Shown piece after piece: positions 1 to 8,640 of a DNA stretch of 17,162 bases. Source of the stretch: Ascoidea asiatica JCM 7603 (lineage: Eukaryota; Fungi; Ascomycota); assembly GCA_001600695.1 (NCBI GenBank), contig BCKQ01000006.1:1-17162 (forward strand). Direction: 5' to 3'. The position numbers and the translations under genes are program-made. The notes under the pieces were generated by a model that worked only from the letters and a program-made list of their open reading frames with translations, searched no databases and was not told the DNA's origin. The stretch's first letter is position 1, and each line of letters starts with the position of its first letter.

Positions 1-817
1 TTTTAGTAATAGTATTATATTTATTAGTATTTTTATTGATATTATTTTGAATTTCATGAAAATTAAAATATTTTATATATTTATTATCACAAATAGGATT
101 TTGACATGGTTTAATATCTGAAAGTGTAGAATTTATATAAAACTCAATGAGTTTTTTTGGATATTCTTTTTGAATAATAGTATTTAATTGAAAAAACCCA
201 TTCTTTGAATTTAAATATAATTTTTTATGATTTTTGAATAATTCAATAATATCTTTTTTATTGAACCTTAAAAGACATCCAGGTTCAATACAAACTAGAG
301 AATTAATAGGATTTAAATTATTTTTAAATATATTTATAATATAATGACTATAGCATTTATAACAATATTCATGATTACATTTTAAACCAATCAAATCAAT
401 ATCCTTCAAGTTGTTCTCAAAACAAATTTGACATTCATTTTTGTTTGTCTCTTTAAGCTCCATGTCATTAATTTTAGTTGACTTAGATTTATTTGGGATT
501 ATACCATTTTCAATACAATATTTGTTTATAATAAGATGATTAGTTTCAAAATTATTCTCATCTTCAGCATATAAATGATTCAAATCATCAATAATTTTAT
601 TAGAATTAAAATTATATTTATAGAATAATAATTGAAGCAAATAAATATTAGATTTTCCAAATTTTAAAGTTTCATTTAGGTTTAATATTTTTGAATTAAT
701 TTCATTTATTACATCTTCTTCAGTCATATTTTTATAATTAGGTTGAGGAATGCTCGAAACATTTTAGATAGGTTCCTTCGTTGATTTTAAAGGAAATTTT
801 TTTGCTGTTGATGACAT
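1..817 (-). CDS. RBR-type E3 ubiquitin ligase paralogue A (Ariadne/HEL1-derived), 3' end outside the window; in-frame TAA at codon 18, so either a pseudogene or started from Met31 (727)
   Basis: Not in the ORF track. Manual translation: MSSTAKKFPLKSTKEPI*NVSSIPQPNYKNMTEEDVINEINSK...LLFYKYNFNSNKII...CQICFENNLKDIDLIGLKCNHEYCYKC...CIEPGC...KPCQNPICDNKY. Collinear with the 4908-6860 protein and open from 727 to the window edge. Confidence 0.85.
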
Positions 818-1425
818 TGTTGAAAAAATAGTTAAAATAGATTAAAGTGGTTAATATATAAAAAAAAAAGTATTTAAAGTAATACTATATGTTATTAATA
901 TAGAACATTAGAAGTTTGAGAATATTAACTGAAAGGAAAAATCTGAAATCTTCGAGAAAAAAAAGCACATTTCATATTTATCTTTGTATTAACAGTATCT
1001 TTTATAATCAATTGAATATTAGCAGTTGCAAGCTTGAATTGAATGAATATAACACACATTATAATAATGTTACCATCAATAGTTAAAGCTAGCCATGAGG
1101 AAAGCTCTAACTTAAACAAAGGAGCAAAGCAAGCTAAACCTTAATCCCTGAACAACATAAATAAACACAAATAAACACAAATGCAAAATGGACAAGCACA
1201 GAAGGAGACCCGTGAAGTTGGATACAAAAACGAAACTAAAAAAAAAAAACAATACGCCATGTTTTGCCACACCGCCCAATCAACTGTGGATAAGTCTTAA
1301 AAGCCAGCTGAAAAGAAAATGGTTCTGAATCTCCAATTGCATCTTTATCACCATTGAACCTTGTAAAGGACCTGGAAATAGAAAAAATACCATTTACATA
1401 AAGACAATCTCATCAAATAACCACC
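818..1425. promoter_or_regulatory. Divergent intergenic promoter region shared by RBR-A and GAB1
   Basis: Lies between two divergent ATGs. Contains a poly(dA) tract and blocks (GGAGACC 1204-1210, GTTGGATACAAAAA 1217-1230, GCCACACC 1266-1273, TGTGGAT 1285-1291) that recur in order in the paralogous region 7269-7452. Confidence 0.6.
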
Positions 1426-2763
1426 ATGTTTATGATACCCATAGCTGCTTCAGTATTCAAACTCATTCTTCTCAATTCCTTAAATGACTTTTCCCATAAT
1501 TTTCTAGACAAGTTGGTGGAGTTCTCAACACCTGTCACAAGTTTCAAATCTCTTCAAGAGGGATTATTTCTACTTTCCACCTACAACAACTATGATTCCT
1601 CAATTGATATATACAATGGAGGAAATGTCCATAACACTCCCATATTGCTTCATTTCATGAAACTTTTCTACTCATCTACATCCAATTACAACTTCCTATT
1701 CATAAACTTTATCTACTGTTTGTCTGATTTCATAATAATATCTCAATTACTCCAGTTAAATGATTATTTTCAGACGAGTTCCAACAAGAATAAGAAGAAC
1801 AATAAATCCCGATCAAATTTAATCTTGATATTGTTTTTGAGTTTGAATCCCTTGAGTATACTATGTTTGTTATCCAAATCTACAATAATATTCTCCAATC
1901 TATTCATCACAACCTCAATATATTCAATAATTATTCTAAAGTCTCCAATATTGGCTTCAATTTCACTAGGCATAAGCTCATACTTATCATATTATCCATT
2001 GTTTTTGGTGATTCCATTAATATCCATATGTTTGAATTTGAATGAATCCAGGAAGCTGAATAAATCCGGGAAGCTGAAGCTGAATTTGGCTTTGGTATGT
2101 AAAATATGTTTTTATTTCACTGCAACAATACTATCCTTATTATATTATTCATATTACTTGAATGATAGTAACTGGAACTTTATTGACTCCACTTATGGTA
2201 CCATAATCTTTTTCAGAAAAAATCAACCCAATATTGGTCTATGGTGGTATTTCTTCACTGAGATTTTTGAATTCTTCAATGATTTCTACATTGGTGTATT
2301 CAACATATTCAATTTGATATTTGTGATTCCATTGACAATTAGATTTCATAATATCAATTCAGGTTCAATTCCAGCTGGTTTATTTTCAATGGTCATCAAT
2401 CTAGGATTAATCAATTTAACTAAATCATATCCTTCATTAAATGATTTTAGTTTTATTTTAAATCTAATAGTAATTCTAATATTAAATTTGGAGAATTTGA
2501 TCAAATTTTTGAAATTTCCTATTTTTTCAATTCTTATTATTTTACATTCTGTTATTTTAAGTCCGATTTTTTATTATTTATGGATTTACAGTGGAAGTGG
2601 TAATTCGAATTTCTTTTATGCAATCAATTTGGTTTTTGCAATTGGGTTTGGTAAATTGTTGACTGATTCAATATGGAGTTTCTTAGCTATTGAATATTCG
2701 TCTTCCAAGAAAAACACATCAGGTGAATTGAATTTGAATAAACTTAGTTTGACATTGATATAG
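1426..2763 (+). CDS. GAB1: GPI transamidase subunit PIG-U / Gab1
   Basis: 445-aa polytopic membrane protein with PIG-U family motifs VEFSTPVTSFKSLQEG, PNIGLWWYFFTEIFEFF, KSYPS and YLWIYSGSGNSNFFYAI. An in-frame TAA at 1399-1401 fixes the start at 1426. Confidence 0.95.
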   Translation: MFMIPIAASVFKLILLNSLNDFSHNFLDKLVEFSTPVTSFKSLQEGLFLLSTYNNYDSSIDIYNGGNVHNTPILLHFMKLFYSSTSNYNFLFINFIYCLSDFIIISQLLQLNDYFQTSSNKNKKNNKSRSNLILILFLSLNPLSILCLLSKSTIIFSNLFITTSIYSIIILKSPILASISLGISSYLSYYPLFLVIPLISICLNLNESRKLNKSGKLKLNLALVCKICFYFTATILSLLYYSYYLNDSNWNFIDSTYGTIIFFRKNQPNIGLWWYFFTEIFEFFNDFYIGVFNIFNLIFVIPLTIRFHNINSGSIPAGLFSMVINLGLINLTKSYPSLNDFSFILNLIVILILNLENLIKFLKFPIFSILIILHSVILSPIFYYLWIYSGSGNSNFFYAINLVFAIGFGKLLTDSIWSFLAIEYSSSKKNTSGELNLNKLSLTLI

Positions 2764-3073
2764 TACCTAGATAATTTTCATAGAAATAGAAGTAGAAATA
2801 GAAACAAATATAATGATTATTGTAGAGTAGGCAAGTTATCGTGTTTCATATATTCTTTATTTTGAACGATATCCGAATAGAGACCGTGTTTGCGGTGCTG
2901 CTCTTGCTTTTGCTTATCGAGCATTGCAAATTGAAGCTGAGAAAAGCGATAAATGCAAGTGGTGAATGAGTCTGCTACCGGTACTAGTAGGTAATGAAAT
3001 GATCAATTGAATGACAATGGATAAAGAAGAGAAAGAACAGTAACAAGATTTAGAATAAGAGTCATTCATCAAA

Positions 3074-3856
3074 ATGGCAATGGGACAGATTGCATTGGTT
3101 GTTTATAGAGGAGCCTCGGTGGTGGGATTCATCATCTTCATTGCCTTTTGCACTGTAGCTCCATTGGATATTATAATTAGAGTCAAAGCTGCCCACTACA
3201 ACTCTGCCTTCAATACATTCATTGCAATCATTTCATGTGTGGTGTTTGTGGTGTTTTTTCTTTTCTTGACCAGTTACAGGTTATTCAATTTGAGAAAGAC
3301 ATTGCAGGAGATTCCCAAGAGATACATTCCATTGGAAGAAAACGATCTCCCGCATGATATGTTGGTTAGTATAAAGGAAGCAATGGTGAAGAGTGGACGA
3401 ATATACAATTACTCTGTCAATCCAGTGATCAGAGATAAGAAAGATATTAGGAGTGGAAATAATAAAGAAACTCCCAGAGGTGTTATCCAACATGATGGTC
3501 TTAGTAATCCGGTGATCAACAATATCTGTTTATCTGAGAAAGAGATCATATCAGATGTGCTACCTACGAGTTTACCATACGAGGAAGTTCTTATTTCCAT
3601 TGGTAAAACAATGGCCGAGAGTAAAGTGGTGGATATCAATGGAGTTAAAATGTCATTCCGAGAAATGATAAGTGATAAACACAATAATCTCAGTAATTCC
3701 AATAATCATACTAGTCATAATGGCTGTAATGACGATAATGGTCAGAAAGCGGAAGAGCTTATTCTGTTGTATGAAAGACTAAGATTTTCCAATAAGCCCA
3801 TAAAGCAAGATGAATTTCTTATATTGCTTGACAAGTTGATAAGTCATGGTGTATGA
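3074..3856 (+). CDS. DLT1: Defect at low temperature protein 1 (Dlt1 family), two N-terminal TM helices
   Basis: Recognised motifs: PLD...NSAFNTFI between two hydrophobic helices, LQEIPKRYIPLEENDLP, IQHDGL and C-terminal LYERLRFSNKPIKQDEF. Confidence 0.88.
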   Translation: MAMGQIALVVYRGASVVGFIIFIAFCTVAPLDIIIRVKAAHYNSAFNTFIAIISCVVFVVFFLFLTSYRLFNLRKTLQEIPKRYIPLEENDLPHDMLVSIKEAMVKSGRIYNYSVNPVIRDKKDIRSGNNKETPRGVIQHDGLSNPVINNICLSEKEIISDVLPTSLPYEEVLISIGKTMAESKVVDINGVKMSFREMISDKHNNLSNSNNHTSHNGCNDDNGQKAEELILLYERLRFSNKPIKQDEFLILLDKLISHGV

Positions 3857-3974
3857 TTTATGAATGAAGAGTATATTTTTGTTTATGAGGTTATGTAAAT
3901 TTGGGTGATTTTATTCAAACCTATGTTCGAAATGGTAATCGGAGTCTGGTAAAACTTACGATTTTTGATTTTTC

Positions 3975-4014
3975 TGAATGTAAAGATGAATGTAAAGATG
4001 AATGTAAAGATGAA
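3975..4014 (+). repeat. 12-bp tandem repeat (TGAATGTAAAGA) x3.3
   Basis: Read directly; lies in the DLT1 3' flank. Confidence 0.9.
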
Positions 4015-4907
4015 ATGGAGGATGAAATGAAATTCCTGTATTTTAATTTAAATTTTATTCAAATAAAGAGTTTCGTTGAATTATACTTGTTTTACTATTT
4101 TATTGAGAAAGCCAGACACTTTGTTGGTGGTTGATGGAGTCTGACATTCTGTTTATAACTTGAGAAAAAGGCAGGTACGAAGTTTAACAAAAGTCTCTTT
4201 TAATGTATTCAGTTTTGGACTGTATGACAACGTAGTTTTTTTTTAGTTACATTCGACACATTGAAGTCCTGGGATTGAAGCCAAAAGGCAACAATTCATT
4301 TTATTTAGTTTCTATGGACTTTTGCATTTTTTGCATTTATTTAATTTTCTTCGATATTTATTTACAGGTGCATTAATGAAATACTAACAAAACTTTAGTT
4401 TTTTTTCCATCAATTTTATACTATGTGGATAAACTTTACAAACTTTGTTCTTATAATGTAAGGATTTAAGTAGATTAAGATTAATTTTATCAATTTATTA
4501 GCTTCAAAAATTAATTTCTTATCTACGGTTCGAAACAAAGAGCAATGTATTCTAAGCTTTTTGTTTTCAATTTAATCTAATATTACATTATTCCAAAGAT
4601 TTTTTACATCTCAGATTGTTTTTCAAAATTATATTTGCAGTATTTGAATTTGGAATCTTAGAAAATGGAAAACTTTCTGCATAAAGTATTATTACAAAAG
4701 TTGAAGAGCGCTTGATATTTCTTATTAGAAATGACTCTGTAGTAATTATTTACTTTATATAATCGAGTACTTTAGTTTTAATATCAAAATGAGTGTATCA
4801 TTAAATTGGATTCAATATGAATGGTTGTATTATTTATATATAAATGTGAACTATAAAATTGCACCAAAAACAAGTTTTGAATCACTCATATTCAAATTTT
4901 TTGAATA

Positions 4908-6860
4908 TCAGACAGAATTGGAGTTATTTTGAACATTCTCTTTTCGACAATAAATTAAGTAGAAAAATAGAAGTCCTATTAAAAGAGTGAAAGCTTCAAT
5001 AATTGCAATGATGAAATGTTTCATAGCCATATTCTCAAAGAAGTGAAGAAAAGCGAAAATTGAAGTTATAATAACCAGAACAATACTATTATATATTGCA
5101 AACACAGGTACTTCGAAATATAATGCCACCATACCAACTAAGAAACAAAGTGAAAGAAAAATAGTAGCTAGATAATCAGTACCCTCGAACTTCAAAACCA
5201 AAATAAGATAAAACAAAAAAAAGTTAAGAATTAAATAAAGAACTCCTAACTCCCACTTTACACGAGGGTCTCCAACATGATCAGGATGGTTGTACTCAGA
5301 CTTTCTAAAAATCATTCTATGAATGATGAAATTTTCTAACTTTGGATATCTTTTATATTTACTATTTGCAATAGAGAAATATGAATCATAAGCATCTTTA
5401 TAAATATCAGGAATTTTAAAATATTTTACTCTATCCCAATAAAAAGAAGTTCGACAAAAAGTACATATCATATGAGCACATCCTTTATTTTTTTCAATTA
5501 ACTTCTTACATGATGGACATTCTTTACAAAATAAATGTTTATATCTCAGAGAATTTAAAAATTCAGGTGATAAATTCCTATTAACTTGACAACATTTTTG
5601 ATTTGAATTATTCGATTTGGAAGATATTTCATCACAATTAAAACAAAATTGATGATTTTTAGAACATTTCACTATAAATACATTTGAATAGGACTCTGGA
5701 TTATTATTATATACTAAACTATCACCACCTATGATTCTGTTATTGTGATTTTTATTTTGATTATTATTAATATTATCAATATTTATTGGATTACTATAGA
5801 TTGAGTGGATTTCACTTTCATTTGGACTTACTGATAGATTAGCTTCATCATCAGTATTATTATTGGCGGTAATATTATTGTTATTGGAATAGTCAGTAAC
5901 AAAAGTACTACCATTGATAGTTAGGTGATTATACTCAATGTTAGTCTGAGTGCTATGATTAGACTGAATTTCTATATTTCTAGAATCCCTACTGTTATTA
6001 TTGGTATCGATATTGTTATTCTTGATATTGTTATGGGTATTATTAGTGTTATTAGTATCAGCGCTATTAGTATTGTTATTGATTGTATCTTGAATGTCAG
6101 AAAAATTGAAATATTTTATATATTGATCACAAACAGGATTTCGGCAAGCTTTGATATCCGAATCTGGAGAATTTATGTAGAACTCAATAAGCTTTTTTGG
6201 ATACTCTTTCAGGATTATGAGATTTAATTGAAAGAGATCATTTTCAGGATTGAAGTATAATCTTTGATGATTTTTGAATAATTCAATGATATCATTGTTA
6301 TTGAATTTTAAATTACATCCAGGTTCTATACAAACTAGAGAATTAATAGGATTTAAATTATTTTCAAAAATATTTATAATATAATGACTGTAGCATTTAT
6401 AACAATATTTATGATGACATGTTAAACCAACCATATCAATATCCTTCAAGTTGTTCTCAAAACAAATTTGACATTCATTTTTGTTTCTCTCCTTAAGCTG
6501 TTTAGGATTACCTTTAGATGGCAAATCTGACTTAGTTTTACCTGGAATAAGACCTTTTTCAGTAAAATATTTTGTAGAAATGGCATATTTATCTTCATAT
6601 GTGTTTTTTCCAGCTTGAATTTTTCTTAAATCTTTGACAATTTTATCTGAGTTGAAATTATATTCATACAATAATATTTCAACTTTATTCAAATATGCTT
6701 TTCCAAAATTTAAAATCTTATTCAAGTTTATTATCTTTGATTGAATTTCTTTTAATACATTCATATCGGTCATGTTTTTGTATTTAGATAATGAAGTATT
6801 TGGTTCATTTGCAACTGGTTGCATTACAGGTAATAAAGGAATTGGTGCTATTGCTGACAT
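4908..6860 (-). CDS. RBR-type E3 ubiquitin ligase paralogue B (Ariadne/HEL1-derived) with Asn-rich IBR insertion and four C-terminal hydrophobic helices
   Basis: 650 aa. Ariadne-like UBA-type segment (EILLYEYNFNSDKIV), RING1 C130-C182, IBR C239/C244...C399-x3-H-x-FCFNC, RING2-like CPSCKKLIEKNKGCAHMICTFC (catalytic-position C461, H463), hydrophobic helices about aa 536-638. Confidence 0.92.
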   Translation of the reverse strand: MSAIAPIPLLPVMQPVANEPNTSLSKYKNMTDMNVLKEIQSKIINLNKILNFGKAYLNKVEILLYEYNFNSDKIVKDLRKIQAGKNTYEDKYAISTKYFTEKGLIPGKTKSDLPSKGNPKQLKERNKNECQICFENNLKDIDMVGLTCHHKYCYKCYSHYIINIFENNLNPINSLVCIEPGCNLKFNNNDIIELFKNHQRLYFNPENDLFQLNLIILKEYPKKLIEFYINSPDSDIKACRNPVCDQYIKYFNFSDIQDTINNNTNSADTNNTNNTHNNIKNNNIDTNNNSRDSRNIEIQSNHSTQTNIEYNHLTINGSTFVTDYSNNNNITANNNTDDEANLSVSPNESEIHSIYSNPINIDNINNNQNKNHNNRIIGGDSLVYNNNPESYSNVFIVKCSKNHQFCFNCDEISSKSNNSNQKCCQVNRNLSPEFLNSLRYKHLFCKECPSCKKLIEKNKGCAHMICTFCRTSFYWDRVKYFKIPDIYKDAYDSYFSIANSKYKRYPKLENFIIHRMIFRKSEYNHPDHVGDPRVKWELGVLYLILNFFLFYLILVLKFEGTDYLATIFLSLCFLVGMVALYFEVPVFAIYNSIVLVIITSIFAFLHFFENMAMKHFIIAIIEAFTLLIGLLFFYLIYCRKENVQNNSNSV

Positions 6861-7138
6861 TTTTGAGTAAAATACAGTAGATTAAAGTGATTATTATTTG
6901 AAAAAGTATTTAAATAAATGAAAAAAAGTTATTGAGAATGCCATCTGGAAAAAAAAAATTAAAATTTTAAAGAAGATAAAGCATATTTATATAAATTTTA
7001 TATATACAGTATATTCATATTTTATTTTATATCATGAACGTTGATTGTATTTTATTTTGGTAGAATTTATAGTATATCCTATTGGAACTTATCAAATGTT
7101 TAGTATATATTCGTTATTCTCTGACTAAAAAGAAAACT

Positions 7139-7221
7139 TATTAAAATTTAAAATATAAATATACATAAATATATATAAAATATAAATAAAATATAAATAA
7201 AAATTAATAAAAATAAATAAA
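7139..7221. repeat. Almost pure A/T low-complexity tract with repeated AAAATATAAAT units
   Basis: One C in about 83 bp. AAAATATAAAT at 7150-7160, 7177-7187 and 7188-7198. Confidence 0.8.
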
Positions 7222-7236
7222 GGTCTATTAGAAGCG

Positions 7237-7308
7237 TAACTGTTAATACTGATAGAATCAAGAGCAGAGGAGACCAAACTTTAAATCAAGTTTTTAAATC
7301 GGGACTCT
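7237..7308 (+). promoter_or_regulatory. Conserved upstream block of RBR-B (inverted homologue at 10332-10403)
   Basis: TAACTGTT, GAGACCAAA and CGGGACTCT occur in the same order and the same 72-bp span as the reverse complement of 10332-10403. Confidence 0.55.
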
Positions 7309-7382
7309 GATTCTAGAAGGAAAGCAAACAAACCGGGCCGAGTGTTCTGCAGTTAGATGCGAGATGGTTTTGGATCCATATC

Positions 7383-7520
7383 GTTGGTTACAAAAAGCAC
7401 ACGCGCCACACCAGCCAACCATAAATTGTGGATGAGTCTGAACAACAAGCTGGAGGAAAACGAAAAAGAGGAAAGCTTCTTCTTTTACCTCACTCTCACA
7501 ATCACAGGCATCAAATTCTC
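7383..7520 (+). pseudogene. Relic of the GAB1 promoter plus a possible ~27-bp scrap of GAB1 coding sequence
   Basis: GTTGGTTACAAAAA, GCCACACC, TGTGGATGAGTCT and AGCTG match 1217-1310 in order. 7494-7520 (TCTCACAATCACAGGCATCAAATTCTC) weakly resembles GAB1 1523-1552. Confidence 0.6.
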
Positions 7521-7573
7521 CATTGGAGTAGTTCATTGAGAAGAATGGTAGAAGTGAGAACAAGAATGGTGAA

Positions 7574-7700
7574 ATGGAATAGGAGAAGATTGCTTTAGTT
7601 GTTCAGAAAAAGCCTCAGTGGTAGGATTTATCATCTTCATTACCTTTTGTGCCATTGAATATTAGAATCACAAAGCTGCCTAAATTTTACTTTCAATATA
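7574..7700 (+). pseudogene. DLT1: DLT1 pseudogene, 5' fragment
   Basis: Aligns to 3074-~3217: ME*EKIALVV / frameshift / ASVVGFIIFITFC...KAA*...FN versus MAMGQIALVVYRGASVVGFIIFIAFC...KAAHYNSAFN. Stop at codon 3, a frameshift and small deletions. Confidence 0.9.
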
Positions 7701-8004
7701 CTTTCTGGTGAAAGATATTGATTGTTTGCTTCGTTAATATTGTATCGTAACATATCTGTATTTGTGGAATTTAAATTTATGTAACGATAGAAATTGATAA
7801 TTGGAATTTATGACAATATTTATCTTCAGAATACTCACTGTAACTGTATCTTTGAAGTTTTTTGGTAAAAAAAAAAAATTCAAGTGGCCTGCGACAATCG
7901 AAAAATCCATGAAGTTCAAATTTTCATTTATTTGATTTAAAAACATCGAAAGGCTCAGAAATTTGATTGTGTTCTTTGAAAAAAATAAAATTAAGGCACA
8001 GGCT

Positions 8005-8037
8005 GAAGAAAGCCAGAAGAAAGCCAGTAGAAAGCCT
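8005..8037 (+). repeat. 11-bp tandem repeat (GAAGAAAGCCA) x3, third copy degenerate
   Basis: GAAGAAAGCCA GAAGAAAGCCA GTAGAAAGCCT read directly. Confidence 0.85.
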
Positions 8038-8640
8038 CGCGGTGTTGAGTATATTTTAAAAATTAACTTAAATGAGTATTGATAACAGATTTAATCAATC
8101 TTCTCAATTTTTGCACAAATTTTAGATCAGAGAAATGATATGAAGAAATAAAGAAAGGATCTTGAATAAGTTAACTTTCTATGCTTTGGGGAGAATTTCA
8201 ACAACAAAGCTAAATAAAAAAAAATTCTTGAACCAATTTGGATTTTTATTACTGTGAATTAACGCTAACCCTTTAAATATAGCTATAGAAAGTTAACTGA
8301 GGAGGCTATAATATAGTAGTAATTCAGCCGACTTTTATTATTGATAATATTTTTTAACATAAATTATAAACTAGATAATTTCAAAATAATTTTGTCATTA
8401 TAAGATACATTTGCTAAATGATGATGACATCTCTTTAGAAAGCTGAGATATTATTTTTTTTCAAATAATGTTTTTGAAAATTTACCATATCTTAGGAATT
8501 ATTTAGATTTTGAGGGTACCTTACTGAGTGCATCTATAAAATACATTGATTACCTTCAATATTACTGATGTAATGTTTTCCATTGACTCAGAATATTTAT
8601 ATTCAAGTAGTTAAAATATCCAAAAGTTGTAAAATTTATA

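Larger units (their letters stand above)
1..4161. repeat. Left arm of a large inverted repeat (at least 4161 bp; may extend beyond the window)
   Basis: Reverse complement of 13002-17162. All ORF-track pairs sum to 17163 and translate identically. Identity stops after ...GTTTATAACTT (4161); 4162 G does not pair with 13001 T. Confidence 0.98.

Noticed and set aside
1285-1293. Perfect DnaA-box sequence TTATCCACA on the minus strand (also 4424-4432, and + strand in the right arm)
   Set aside because: Eukaryotic context and no box cluster. Chance match or an unrelated yeast motif.
3901-4134. 77-aa ORF (and mirror 13029-13262) with ECKD repeats
   Set aside because: Starts at TTG, and the repeat is just the translated 12-bp tandem repeat in the DLT1 3' flank. 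No family resemblance.
4175-4398. Possible intron: GTACGA ... TACTAAC (4382-4388) ... TAG
   Set aside because: No flanking exons give a sensible ORF, and TACTAAC is expected by chance a few times in DNA this AT-rich (another lies antisense within DLT1).
8005-8037. CRISPR-like or telomeric interpretation of the short repeats (also 3975-4014)
   Set aside because: Head-to-tail repeats of about three units, with no spacers and at internal positions.
8418-8527. Box C/D snoRNA-like motifs (ATGATGA ... CTGA ... CTGA)
   Set aside because: No terminal stem, no clear C' box and no convincing 10-nt or longer rRNA complement. A snoscan/Infernal search would settle it.
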